IMG/VR virus record: IMGVR_UViG_3300037483_001170
Location: 42,781 to 106,780 of that record
DNA from: a virus
Strand: one strand, 5' to 3'
DNA length: 64,000 nucleotides
Part shown: positions 1-8,667 of the stretch, piece by piece
Layout of the letters: the number at the start of each line of letters is the position of its first letter
Position numbering within the stretch: the first letter of the stretch is position 1
Position numbers and translations under genes: made by a program
Notes under the pieces: generated by a model
Databases searched by the model: none
Seen by the model: the letters and a program-made list of their open reading frames with translations, nothing else
Told to the model about the DNA's origin: nothing

Positions 1-598
1 CCACGTCAACGTTCCGTTCATCGCTTGAACGCGTGTCCGGTTCGTACTCGCCCATCAAACGTACCGCGATTCCCAGCGCCAACTCGGCATACGGGACTGG
101 AAGTGCCTGTCGAAACGTCAACGCCTCTTGCGATTCACTGACCGCTTCCCACGCTTCCGTTGCTGCGGTCCTAACCGAAATCGCCTTGCAGAGTGCCAAA
201 TACAAGGCGAACGACATGGCACGAGCGCGCTCGCTGTTGATGAACGCATATCTGGCGGCCTGATCGCGACGGAGATCGTCAATCTCCGCATGGCCATTGC
301 GCTCCGGCGTCACTTCGCGCGCCAACGCGTCAGTCAGCATGAGCATGGTTTCGTTGCACGATCGATGGTGCAAAAACGCCGCCCACGTTCGCGGATCTCT
401 CGCTACAAGCACACCAGCAACGTCAGCTGGCGTTGCTGTGCCAGCTAGAAAGTCGAGAAGAGTCGTGCGCAGCACGGCGCGCCACTGGTGCTCCTCGGTT
501 CTGAAGAATTCAACACACACCCACGGGCCCGGGTCTCCGTCTTCGGCCGCGTCCAGTCGTGCCTGGAGCATCGCGCCATCCATTGCCTGAATGTCCAT
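1..598 (-). CDS. hypothetical protein (3' end runs off window)
   Basis: Manual translation MDIQAMDGAMLQARLDAAED... stays open to position 1. The ATG overlaps the upstream TGA (TGATG). Confidence 0.6.
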   Translation of the reverse strand, partial: MDIQAMDGAMLQARLDAAEDGDPGPWVCVEFFRTEEHQWRAVLRTTLLDFLAGTATPADVAGVLVARDPRTWAAFLHHRSCNETMLMLTDALAREVTPERNGHAEIDDLRRDQAARYAFINSERARAMSFALYLALCKAISVRTAATEAWEAVSESQEALTFRQALPVPYAELALGIAVRLMGEYEPDTRSSDERNVDV

Positions 599-984
599 CA
601 GTCCTCCAGCGTCTGCTCACGCGTCCGACGCGTGAACTCGGCGAGCACTGCACTCGCTTCGCTCAGGTCCTTCGCCACGCCTTCGTAGCCGTCGGACTCC
701 ATCAGCTTCGCGTGCTGCTCCAGTCGCTTCCGAGTCCGGTCGATTCCACGAAGAGGCCCATCGGTCGTGAAGAAGAGCCGCTCGTTCGGCGCGACCCGCT
801 TCTTCTTGCCGAAGAACTTCTGCCAGAGCCAGAAGCCAACGGCCGCCGCCGCCAGAAGCAGGAGCAGCGTCCGAAGATCGAAGCCGCCTTCGCGCGCCAG
901 TGGAACCGGCGCCTGCGCGAGCGACAGCGGATAGAGCTGTTGCTGCGCGCGGCCCGGCGGCAAGACCGGCGCGTGATAGCTCAC
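598..984 (-). CDS. single-TM membrane protein, MSY/Asn-basic-tail family
   Basis: GTG start coupled to the upstream stop (GTGA). VSYHAP...LLLLLAAAAVGFWLW TM, then KKKRVAPN. Confidence 0.65.
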   Translation of the reverse strand: MSYHAPVLPPGRAQQQLYPLSLAQAPVPLAREGGFDLRTLLLLLAAAAVGFWLWQKFFGKKKRVAPNERLFFTTDGPLRGIDRTRKRLEQHAKLMESDGYEGVAKDLSEASAVLAEFTRRTREQTLED

Positions 985-1568
985 CGGGACGTGGCCTTCA
1001 TGTCGATGGTCATCATCGTCGCGCCAGACATGTCCGTCATCGCGATCGAATCCGTGACCTTCACGCACCACGAGTGGCAGTAGTCGCAGATCCATCGCTC
1101 AGGGCTCGACACGATCGCGATCTTGTCGTCCGACGCGGGCGCTCGACCGAGCTTGTTCTTGCAGTGCCAAGCCCAGTTAATCGCGAGGTGATTGCTGGGC
1201 GGCAGCTTGCCGTACTTCACCCAGTCGAGAGACATCGCCTTGTTGCCCTCCTGGACGTGGAAGAAATTCTGCTGACCGTGCTCGGTCCAGCAGACGGGGC
1301 ACTGTCCGACCAGCATGCACTCGGCACGACCGTCGCTGCCCTGGGTCATCTGAATCTCACACTCGATCGTGCAGATCTCCTCGCCCTTGTTGGTGGCCTT
1401 CCACAAGATCCACGTCTTCGGCGCGAGGTCTTCCGAGTCCACCGATGTGCCGGCGAAGCGGCCATCGCCGGGGCGACCCGCGCGATCCATCAGCGCGCGG
1501 CCCGCTGCCCACTCGCGCTCGCCCATCTTGCCGCCGAAAATGCCGCCGTCCTTCGAGATCTTTCTCAT
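981..1568 (-). CDS. hypothetical protein with Cys pairs (CPVC, CDYC), putative Zn-binding
   Basis: 195-aa ORF, SD-like GAGG upstream, coupled to the next gene. Confidence 0.7.
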   Translation of the reverse strand: MRKISKDGGIFGGKMGEREWAAGRALMDRAGRPGDGRFAGTSVDSEDLAPKTWILWKATNKGEEICTIECEIQMTQGSDGRAECMLVGQCPVCWTEHGQQNFFHVQEGNKAMSLDWVKYGKLPPSNHLAINWAWHCKNKLGRAPASDDKIAIVSSPERWICDYCHSWCVKVTDSIAMTDMSGATMMTIDMKATSR

Positions 1569-1574
1569 GCCCAG

Positions 1575-1955
1575 CTACCTCTTTCGCCGCCGCCGACGGC
1601 CATTCGCTTTGAGCTTCCCAGCTCGGAACTCCTGCAACACGCGATACGAAGCCCACATGCTCATCCCACTGAGCACGTAGAGCACGATCATCGGCGGCCC
1701 GAAGTAGGGGACGACGTACCGGCGGATCGTGGTGCGGATCGCCGGACCGACGATGTGCGTGTCGAGCGCCGCAACAATCCGCGGTCCCGCAGCAGCCAAC
1801 GTTCTATCCGGATTCGAGATCAGGCCGGCGGCAAGCGACGCGATGTTCGCCACGTCCTGGCCAGTGACCTGGCCCATGCCGTCGCCGCTGTCGTAGTTGC
1901 CGAGAGCGCGCGGACGACGACGCGGGCGCATCGCGAGCATGGTTGCCGCGCTCAT
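1575..1955 (-). CDS. small membrane protein with poly-Arg tail
   Basis: ATGA-coupled start; ALG and GMGQ motifs; hydrophobic C-terminal segment; ends LKANGRRRRRKR. Confidence 0.7.
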   Translation of the reverse strand: MSAATMLAMRPRRRPRALGNYDSGDGMGQVTGQDVANIASLAAGLISNPDRTLAAAGPRIVAALDTHIVGPAIRTTIRRYVVPYFGPPMIVLYVLSGMSMWASYRVLQEFRAGKLKANGRRRRRKR

Positions 1956-2260
1956 CGGTGGCTCCACCACCAGTAGCCACCAGCCGCGAGCGCCACTGCG
2001 CCGACAGCCCAGAGAGCGGTCGACGACGAGCCTGCGCTGCCGACCTGACTCGGCACGGTACTCTGCGTGGTCGTGATCGCGACCTCACTTCCCGTCGGCA
2101 CGCACTCGGGGGTCATGCCCACGCGGGCCGAGATCGACATGCCAGGAGGGCACATGTAGCAGCTCGAATCGGGAGGAATGTTACGACACTCCATCCGCGC
2201 GAGGTTGAGCCCAGGACGCACGGGAGTCGCCGTTCCGAGGCCAGACAGCGAATAGCTCAT
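1952..2260 (-). CDS. small Cys-containing protein with C-terminal TM
   Basis: MSYSLSGLG start; 4 Cys; ALWAVGAVALAAGGYWWW anchor. Confidence 0.7.
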   Translation of the reverse strand: MSYSLSGLGTATPVRPGLNLARMECRNIPPDSSCYMCPPGMSISARVGMTPECVPTGSEVAITTTQSTVPSQVGSAGSSSTALWAVGAVALAAGGYWWWSHR

Positions 2261-2712
2261 CGCCGCCTCCGGCGCGCACCGTTCGAGGTCACGCGCTTCT
2301 TCTTGCCTGCGAAGTAGCCGGCCGCCAGGGCGAGCGGGATCCCGACGAACGTGCCGACCGCGGTGATCTTCGCGTACTCCACGAGCTGGGCGTACGCGAC
2401 AGGCGCTGCCGCTGGACCGCCCCAGATGCTCGCAGCGGTCTGCGCGAATCGCGAGAGCACGGTGCCCTCCACGGCCTGCCCGAGCCCGAGAAGCGGCACG
2501 CCGCCGTTCCTGACGTAGTTCCCGTACACGTAGCGCGACCCGGGTCGAGCGCCGTCCAGGTTGATCTCCTGCTCCCCCCAGCGAAGCCGCGCCGGACTGT
2601 AGCCGGCGCCAGGAATCGGCGTGGTCGTGTCGTACGGATACGACCGGTACCGGCCGTAGTGACCCGGCAGGTACAACGCAGGCGTGTACGCCGGGAGCTG
2701 GAGCTTCGCCAT
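2257..2712 (-). CDS. membrane protein with GLGQ motif and poly-Arg tail
   Basis: MAKLQLP start; LLGLGQAVEGTV; TM; KKKRVTSNGARRRRR. Confidence 0.7.
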   Translation of the reverse strand: MAKLQLPAYTPALYLPGHYGRYRSYPYDTTTPIPGAGYSPARLRWGEQEINLDGARPGSRYVYGNYVRNGGVPLLGLGQAVEGTVLSRFAQTAASIWGGPAAAPVAYAQLVEYAKITAVGTFVGIPLALAAGYFAGKKKRVTSNGARRRRR

Positions 2713-2765
2713 GCCGAAAGTCTCGCGCACTCGGAGCCCAAGGGCAAGACCGAGGCGAACGACGA

Positions 2766-3062
2766 CTAGACCAGCTCGCCGACGATGTCCGACTCGTGCA
2801 CGACCAGGTGCTCGACCCCGTCGAGAACGATCTCGATGCCCGAGTACTGGCCGATCACCACACGGTCGCCGGCCTTGACGCTCGGCTCGATGCGCTTGCC
2901 CTCGACGAGCGCGCCTGGGCCACACGCGATGACCGTCGCCTCCAGCGGCTTCGCCTTCGCGGTGTCGGGGAAGATGATGCCACCTGCGCTCTTCTCTGGC
3001 GGCTTCTCTCGGCGTACGACGATGCGGTCGCCCAGCGGACGGATTTCGGTCTTCTTTTCCAT
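2766..3062 (-). CDS. groES: co-chaperonin GroES (Cpn10)
   Basis: IRPLGDRIVV, SAGGIIFPDTAKAKP, VKAGDRV motifs; GGAG SD upstream of the ATG at 3062. Confidence 0.95.
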   Translation of the reverse strand: MEKKTEIRPLGDRIVVRREKPPEKSAGGIIFPDTAKAKPLEATVIACGPGALVEGKRIEPSVKAGDRVVIGQYSGIEIVLDGVEHLVVHESDIVGELV

Positions 3063-3074
3063 GCTCACTCCTTC

Positions 3075-3671
3075 TTACGGGTTCCAGATGCCTGACGAGA
3101 CAGCCGGCGCCGACGCCGGCTTCGGCTTCTTCCTGCGACTCCCGCGCTTGCTCGTGCGCTTCGCTGGCTTTCCGGGCTCGACCGCAGCTGCCGGTCCGCG
3201 CTTCTTTCGTGACGTCCGCTTGGGCCCTGGAGCCTTCGGCTTCCGGCTCGTGCGCTTCGGCGACGCCTCAGCCGCCTGCTCTTCGGCCTCGCGTCCGCCG
3301 TCGGCGGCGAGCTTCGCGATCACGAGCTTCTTCAGGTCGGCGCTGGCGAACCGTCCGGTCTTTCCTGCGAGCAGGTAGACGAGCTTGCCCTCCTCGTCGA
3401 TGACGCCAACCGCCTGCGAGTCGAGCAGTTTCTTCGCCTCAGCAGAAAGGAAGCGGAACGTCGTCGACCGGTCGTAGACCGCGCGGCTCAGGTACTCCCT
3501 GAGCTGGATCCGGAAAGCACCGCCAGCGTCGAGATGACATTCGATGGTTCGGTACCATCGTCCGGTACTGGGCGGGCCGGCTGTGCCGGAGGTTGGGGCG
3601 GCGGCGAGAGCTGCTGGGGCACTGCGCTTGGCGCCGAACGCGCGACTGCCGTTGGAGCTGTTGTCGGACAT
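3075..3671 (-). CDS. basic protein with histone H1-like K/R/P/A-rich tail
   Basis: Three KRTS(R/K) repeats in the C-terminus; TATGCT 8 nt upstream of the ATG. Confidence 0.6.
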   Translation of the reverse strand: MSDNSSNGSRAFGAKRSAPAALAAAPTSGTAGPPSTGRWYRTIECHLDAGGAFRIQLREYLSRAVYDRSTTFRFLSAEAKKLLDSQAVGVIDEEGKLVYLLAGKTGRFASADLKKLVIAKLAADGGREAEEQAAEASPKRTSRKPKAPGPKRTSRKKRGPAAAVEPGKPAKRTSKRGSRRKKPKPASAPAVSSGIWNP

Positions 3672-4207
3672 CGGCCGGGAGCATACGCACGACTGTCGGA
3701 CACTGGCAAGACCGCAATGCGAGATCTGCGAGCCCAGATCGGCCACGCTCGGCTCAGGTCCGGCTCGACGTACCAACGCGCCGTCAGCTTGTCGGGACGC
3801 CAGAGCGCTGGGACGACGACGACGACGTAGTCCGCGACGCGCTGCCACTCGGCGAGGGCAACGTCTGGATGTTCCAGATGTTCGAGCACGTCGCACGCGA
3901 ACAGCGCGCCAAAGTAGCGGTCTGACCACGGCATCGTGTAGTAGTTGCTGTAGCTGACGACGTTCGGCCCCGGCACGCACACGGGCGCGCACTCGTCGAG
4001 GTTCACGTCGCCGTAGAGACGCGAGCCTAGGATCGATGCGCGTACGCTACGACCGCTCACGCCAGCGCCAAGGTTCACGAGCGGCTTCTGGCGCATCCGG
4101 GCGATCTTTCGCGCGATGCCTGCCATCTCGTACGGACGGGTGACGGCATCCCGCAGGTACGCCGCGCTGGCGATGCCGAGCCCCACCTTGATCAGTGCGT
4201 CGCGCAC
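3488..4207 (-). CDS. class I SAM-dependent methyltransferase-like protein
   Basis: LVNLGAG motif I and CDVLEHLEHP post-II motif; Pro-rich tail overlaps the next gene. Confidence 0.7.
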   Translation of the reverse strand: MRDALIKVGLGIASAAYLRDAVTRPYEMAGIARKIARMRQKPLVNLGAGVSGRSVRASILGSRLYGDVNLDECAPVCVPGPNVVSYSNYYTMPWSDRYFGALFACDVLEHLEHPDVALAEWQRVADYVVVVVPALWRPDKLTARWYVEPDLSRAWPIWARRSRIAVLPVSDSRAYAPGRCPTTAPTAVARSAPSAVPQQLSPPPQPPAQPARPVPDDGTEPSNVISTLAVLSGSSSGST

Positions 4208-4240
4208 GCTTTAGGCTACCAGTTGCAGCACGTGGCGGCC

Positions 4241-4567
4241 ATGAGCTACCATTTCCCCATGAGCTACCAGCGGATCGCCGGGATGAGATCGAACCGTTTC
4301 CCTCTCATGGGCCTCGGCTGCGCGGGCTGCAACGGGCGCTGCGCGGGCACGGCCCCTGGCACGTCCGGCCTCGGCTGCGGAGGTGGCTGTGCGCCGCCGA
4401 TCATGTCCGTCGCTGGCCTCGGGCACGCGCTCGGGCTCGACGTCGAAAGCGCTGCCTTCGGGCTCGGCATCGCGGCCGCAGGCTTCATCGGCCTCGGCGC
4501 CGGCTGGTTCGCACACGGCGCGCTCGCACCACGTCGTAACCGTGGGCGTCGTCGGCGCACGAACTGA
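4241..4567 (+). CDS. small Gly/Cys-rich membrane protein with five GLG repeats and Arg tail
   Basis: MSYHFP start; GLGC twice; TM; PRRNRGRRRRTN. Confidence 0.65.
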   Translation: MSYHFPMSYQRIAGMRSNRFPLMGLGCAGCNGRCAGTAPGTSGLGCGGGCAPPIMSVAGLGHALGLDVESAAFGLGIAAAGFIGLGAGWFAHGALAPRRNRGRRRRTN

Positions 4568-4575
4568 ACGCCCTC

Positions 4576-4875
4576 ATGAGCTACAAGCACGGCTTCGGAC
4601 AGGCGGTCGCCGAGGGCACCGTCTTCAGCCTCACCGATCCGGATGTTGCTGCTCAGCAGCCGCCGACGCCCGTGCCCTCCAGCAAGCCGAGCGGTGGCTC
4701 TCCAGCTCCGTACTACGGACCGCCCGCCACCGTCGGCAAGACCTCGGGCACGCCGATCACGAGCGCGAGCTTGCCGACGTACGCGGCTGGCGCGCCGAAC
4801 TGGATGCCGTGGGCGATCGGTGGAACGATCACCGTGGTCGGCATCGGGCTCGTACTGGCAGCGCTACGTCGCTGA
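4576..4875 (+). CDS. small Pro/Ser/Thr-rich protein with C-terminal TM
   Basis: MSYKHGFGQAVAEGTV; WAIGGTITVVGIGLVLAALRR. Confidence 0.7.
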   Translation: MSYKHGFGQAVAEGTVFSLTDPDVAAQQPPTPVPSSKPSGGSPAPYYGPPATVGKTSGTPITSASLPTYAAGAPNWMPWAIGGTITVVGIGLVLAALRR

Positions 4876-5079
4876 TCAGGTAGGCGCCGCGGGCGTTCGA
4901 CGCTCTGCACACAGCAGGCAGCAGGCGAAGCCCACCACGCGTAGCGCCGTCCCCGTCTCGTACAGCCACGTCCAGCGTGTAGCGAGGCCACACCGTGCGC
5001 ACTGGCCGACGTCGACGACTGCGACGCGGTACAGCGTCGATCCGTCAGCGTAGGTCGCCATAGGCTCGGGCGTCGTCAC
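4876..5079 (-). CDS. small hypothetical Zn-finger protein
   Basis: CARC and CLLC pairs. Confidence 0.45.
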   Translation of the reverse strand: MTTPEPMATYADGSTLYRVAVVDVGQCARCGLATRWTWLYETGTALRVVGFACCLLCAERRTPAAPT

Positions 5080-5160
5080 GCACGCCTCCGCCGTCGCGAC
5101 GAGCGCACGGGCACCGCGACGACGAGCGTCACCATCAGACCGCTGATCTCGACACGCGCT

Positions 5161-5463
5161 TCACCGTGGACATGCAGACGGCAGCCGAGGATGCCGCCAG
5201 CCCCGAAGTACGTCGGCTGGCATCTGCGCATGTGCAGCCATCTGGGCCCGATAGTCGTACCGACGTAGGGCACGAACCTCTTCCTCGATCTGCGCAGCTG
5301 GCCAGCGATGACGCAGGCCTCGCTCTCGTACGAGCTTCTCCATCTCAGCCTTTGCCTGCTCGACCGCCGACGCGGGCGACAGCGCATCGAGAACGAGTAC
5401 CGAGATCTCGTCGTACCACGTGATACAAACGGAGTACTCGACCGATGCGCCGTCTGCTTGCAT
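5161..5463 (-). CDS. hypothetical protein
   Basis: ATG coupled to the upstream stop; MQADGASVEYSV... Confidence 0.5.
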   Translation of the reverse strand: MQADGASVEYSVCITWYDEISVLVLDALSPASAVEQAKAEMEKLVRERGLRHRWPAAQIEEEVRALRRYDYRAQMAAHAQMPADVLRGWRHPRLPSACPR

Positions 5464-6605
5464 CAGACCGTCTCGTACACGTACGTGCCGCGCTCGCCGG
5501 TACGCGTCAGCTTGCCGGCCTTCACCAGGTTGTAGACCGTCTGCATGACGACGTCCTGATCGATGTGCGAGAGCTTCGCGATGAGAGCGCCCATCTTCAT
5601 CGGCGATCGGCACGCGTCGAGCACGGCGCCGACGCGAGAGCCAGGCGGCGCGATCTTCTTGGCCTTCTTGGTACCGGACTTCAGCGACACACCCTCGCGG
5701 GACGCTTCGGACTCGATCGCGCGATCCAGCTGCGCGCGCGCTGCCACGGCCGCCGCCTTCGCCTTGACCGGCTTGGCCGACGCCTTCGGAAGCGTGTAGA
5801 GGTACTGGTAGCGCGCACCCGTGCGCACCAGCCTGCCCGTGCGCACCAGTTCGCTGACCGCTGCGTTCACCGTGCTCTCCGTCGCCGCCGCGCCGACGCG
5901 TGCGCGAACGGCACCCATGTTCATCGGAACGTCGCCACACGCAGCCAGTATGGCGTCGCGCGCGGTCATCGGCGCCGGCAGCACGTTCACGACGGCTGAC
6001 GCCGTCGACTCGCTCGGCAGCGCGTAGAGGTACTTGCCAGACGAGCCGGTGCGCACCAGCAGCTTGGCCTTCACGAGCGCCAAGATCGCCGGTCGCACCG
6101 AGTTGTCGTCAGCGTCGATGCGCATGCGCTGACGAAGCTCGGTCGTCCCGATACCGACTGCGCGCCCGGCTGCGCGCACCGCCAGCAACACCTTCTCGCG
6201 CATGGTGCCCGGCGCAGCGATCACGCGCTCACGCACAGCGTTCGGCGCCTTCGTGGTCTCGGCCCCCTTGACGCTCTTCGTTACCAGCATCTTCGCGGCC
6301 GTGGCCGTGAGCTGAGCCTCGGGCGTGCCGATCTGCATCGAGCCGAAGTGGCTGGTCAGCACACTGATCGCGTCGTCGAGGATCGCGATGCCATCCACGA
6401 GCCGCTGCCGCTCCTCTTCCGTCGACACCACCGACGCTCGCAGCTCGTACAGACGCGCATCGCGTTCGCCGAGTAGCGCAGCTCGCTTCGAGCGCTCGCC
6501 CTGCATCTCGCCCAGAGCCTTCCGCGCCTGCGCGATGTGCTCGCCCATGGTGTGAGCGAGCTGTTGCGCCATCTTCGTCACGTCCACCGTCTTCGCTGTC
6601 GTCAT
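5463..6605 (-). CDS. coiled-coil plus triple winged-helix DNA-binding protein
   Basis: Three repeats: LVKAKLLVRTG..YLY, LVRTGRLVRTG..YLY, LVKAGKLTRTG..YVY; N-terminal heptads. Confidence 0.7.
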   Translation of the reverse strand: MTTAKTVDVTKMAQQLAHTMGEHIAQARKALGEMQGERSKRAALLGERDARLYELRASVVSTEEERQRLVDGIAILDDAISVLTSHFGSMQIGTPEAQLTATAAKMLVTKSVKGAETTKAPNAVRERVIAAPGTMREKVLLAVRAAGRAVGIGTTELRQRMRIDADDNSVRPAILALVKAKLLVRTGSSGKYLYALPSESTASAVVNVLPAPMTARDAILAACGDVPMNMGAVRARVGAAATESTVNAAVSELVRTGRLVRTGARYQYLYTLPKASAKPVKAKAAAVAARAQLDRAIESEASREGVSLKSGTKKAKKIAPPGSRVGAVLDACRSPMKMGALIAKLSHIDQDVVMQTVYNLVKAGKLTRTGERGTYVYETV

Positions 6606-6670
6606 CTTCCCAGTCTTTCTTTTCTTCTGCCCAGATCTGCCCAGAAGCGCGCCGTTCGGACGCGCCTCGC

Positions 6671-6964
6671 TTACCTGCCGTCCATCACACGGCGCCACTT
6701 GTCGAGTACGCGCTCGATCGCGTCTGGATCAGGCGTTGCCTGCTGGTCTGCCCAGGCCTCCAGCGCCTCCTGGAACACGTCCTGAAGCGCGAGCAGCGTA
6801 TCGATACGCTCGCCGTTGACCTTAGAGATCACGCGATCGATCGCTTCCAGCGCCCACTCTGCGTTGGCCGAACGATCCGCCTTACGAACGGTTTCCGCCG
6901 CCTCATCGTCGAGAAGAGCCGCACGCACACGCGCCCTGTACTGCCCCCGAGTCGCTGCGCTCAC
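6671..6964 (-). CDS. hypothetical protein
   Basis: Coupled ORF in the leftward cluster. Confidence 0.55.
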   Translation of the reverse strand: MSAATRGQYRARVRAALLDDEAAETVRKADRSANAEWALEAIDRVISKVNGERIDTLLALQDVFQEALEAWADQQATPDPDAIERVLDKWRRVMDGR

Positions 6965-7257
6965 GAAAGCCCCCACGTCGCCTCACGCGCCGAGACCGCC
7001 GAGTCGTGGATCACCTGCTGCGAGAGGCCATCGAGACCCGCCTCGAACATCGCGCGCAGCTCCGGATGATCACGCAACGCATCGGCCCGCGCGTGGCTCG
7101 GCCCTTCGAACAAAAGGGCGCAGATCTCACGCGCGACCTCCGCACGACGCTGATCGTCGCTGAGTCGGCGAAAACCGACGCCCCATCGCGTCGCCGCGCG
7201 AATCGCGCACTTGCGGCCAACCGTTCGAAGCAGGTCGTGCGTATGTTCGGTGAGCAT
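6961..7257 (-). CDS. hypothetical protein
   Basis: ATG downstream of the promoter/hairpin cassette and an AAGGA SD. Confidence 0.6.
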   Translation of the reverse strand: MLTEHTHDLLRTVGRKCAIRAATRWGVGFRRLSDDQRRAEVAREICALLFEGPSHARADALRDHPELRAMFEAGLDGLSQQVIHDSAVSAREATWGLS

Positions 7258-7273
7258 CTGAACGTTCCTTCCG

Positions 7274-7355
7274 GCCGGCATGGTCGCCAGCTCAACGAGC
7301 GTGATTCTAGTCAGCCATCGGTCGCTGTCAAGCGCCTAGCGCAACAAAGCGCAGC
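7274..7355 (-). promoter_or_regulatory. sigma70-type promoter plus leader hairpin (copy 1)
   Basis: TTGACA(7331-7326)-N16-TAGAAT(7309-7304); GCTGGC-GACCAT-GCCGGC; upstream GCTGCGCTTTGTTGCG. Confidence 0.75.
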
Positions 7356-7365
7356 AACGTCCGAC

Positions 7366-7701
7366 CTAGCGCCAGAAATAGATCGTCGAGTAGTTGCCCC
7401 CGGTCTTGCTCGCGAAGTTCGCCGCCGCCAGGATCTCCGCCGCGTCGCAGCACTTTCCGACGTCGCGCGTGGCGATGATGTCAAGCAGCACGCGCTTGGC
7501 CGAGTCGTGCAGCCAGCCCCCGTCGTCGAAGAGCAGGCTGGCAGCGGGTGACCGCGGAACATCGCGGTACGGGTCGCCGAGCGTTGGGCAGTTGCCTCGC
7601 GCGTCGAACAGCTCCGCCAACCTCTTCGCGTCGTCCACGGCCTTCTCCTCAGCTTCGTGCTCGGCCCACTCGCGATGATGCCGCTTCTCTCGGCGGCTCA
7701 C
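7366..7701 (-). CDS. hypothetical protein
   Basis: GTGA-coupled ORF. Confidence 0.55.
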   Translation of the reverse strand: MSRREKRHHREWAEHEAEEKAVDDAKRLAELFDARGNCPTLGDPYRDVPRSPAASLLFDDGGWLHDSAKRVLLDIIATRDVGKCCDAAEILAAANFASKTGGNYSTIYFWR

Positions 7702-7997
7702 GACTTCGCCGCCCGCTCGCCCATCAGCGGCATCACCGCCGCAGCGAAGCCCGCGTCCGTGTGCGTCTCGCGCTTCCGGATGCAGTCGGCTTCCGCTTGC
7801 TCCAGCGTGTCGCCGCCGCCGAACGTCTCGTCGCGGCGTCCGTGGGGACCGCGCGCCTTCGGCCTCAGCGTACGAACGCTGACCGTCCACGACGAACCGT
7901 CGCGCATGACGCCGAAGCGAACCTCTACGTCCTCCGCGTTGCAGCCGAACGCAGCGGCCACGCGCTTGACGGTGGCGATGAACTTCTGATCCTTCAT
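7698..7997 (-). CDS. hypothetical protein
   Basis: GGAG SD; follows a promoter cassette. Confidence 0.65.
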   Translation of the reverse strand: MKDQKFIATVKRVAAAFGCNAEDVEVRFGVMRDGSSWTVSVRTLRPKARGPHGRRDETFGGGDTLEQAEADCIRKRETHTDAGFAAAVMPLMGERAAKS

Positions 7998-8009
7998 GAC
8001 GCTCTCCCG

Positions 8010-8066
8010 AGCCAGCTTGTTGGCCGGCTTCCCAGCTCACACTAGCCATCGCCAGAACGGTGTCAA
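8010..8066 (-). promoter_or_regulatory. sigma70-type promoter plus leader hairpin (copy 2)
   Basis: TTGACA-N16-TAGTGT; AGCCGGC-CAACAA-GCTGGCT. Confidence 0.8.
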
Positions 8067-8067
8067 G

Positions 8068-8592
8068 CTACTTACGCTCTTCTGGTTTTCCGCAGAACAG
8101 GCAGTAGTCGTGACACGTGTCTTCGTCATCGTCGTAGACGCACTTCGGAAGGGGGTTCTCCGCAGCCGGGCACTCGTGATAGCCCACGAAAGGGTTCTCG
8201 ATCGATGCAGTCAGCTTCTCGACCGCCCGTGCGCCCAGGAGTGCGTACTGCTTGCTGCGCGCCTCACGGAGCCTCTCGATCTGAGCATCGAGCTTCGCGA
8301 TGCGCGCGAGAAGCGCCGCAGCCTCTGCCGACGGGACACGACGAACAGCCGGCTCGCCGCGTCGCACACGCCGACCCGACAGCATCTTGCCGATCTTCTT
8401 GGCCAGCTCAGCGTGCAGATCCCGATCGAGCACATCGCCAAGGCTGAGGCCGCCCCGCCCAAACGTGCCACTCGTGCGCGTCGTCCACCGACCGTCCGAC
8501 CTCACCTGCACCTTGACGAGCGCGGCGTCGTCATCGCAGCGCGACACGAGAGCCCGGTACTTCACACCATCGTGCTGAACCTGCGAAATCAT
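8068..8592 (-). CDS. hypothetical protein with C-terminal Cys/His cluster
   Basis: GAGGAG SD; HEC..C..C..CLFC. Confidence 0.65.
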   Translation of the reverse strand: MISQVQHDGVKYRALVSRCDDDAALVKVQVRSDGRWTTRTSGTFGRGGLSLGDVLDRDLHAELAKKIGKMLSGRRVRRGEPAVRRVPSAEAAALLARIAKLDAQIERLREARSKQYALLGARAVEKLTASIENPFVGYHECPAAENPLPKCVYDDDEDTCHDYCLFCGKPEERK

Positions 8593-8610
8593 GGTTTCCG
8601 CTCTCCTCTG

Positions 8611-8667
8611 AGCCAGCTTGTTGGCCGGCTTCAGCCAAGACAATAACACCTCCTCTCCGCGCGTCAA
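8611..8667 (-). promoter_or_regulatory. sigma70-type promoter plus leader hairpin (copy 3)
   Basis: TTGACG-N16-TATTGT; hairpin identical to copy 2. Confidence 0.8.

Noticed and set aside
900-1976. 358-aa plus-strand ORF
   Set aside because: Antisense to three coupled minus-strand genes; low-complexity composition.
8009-8631. Identical 22-nt direct repeat considered as CRISPR repeat or att site
   Set aside because: Only two copies 600 nt apart, no spacer periodicity or cas genes; explained as leader hairpins.
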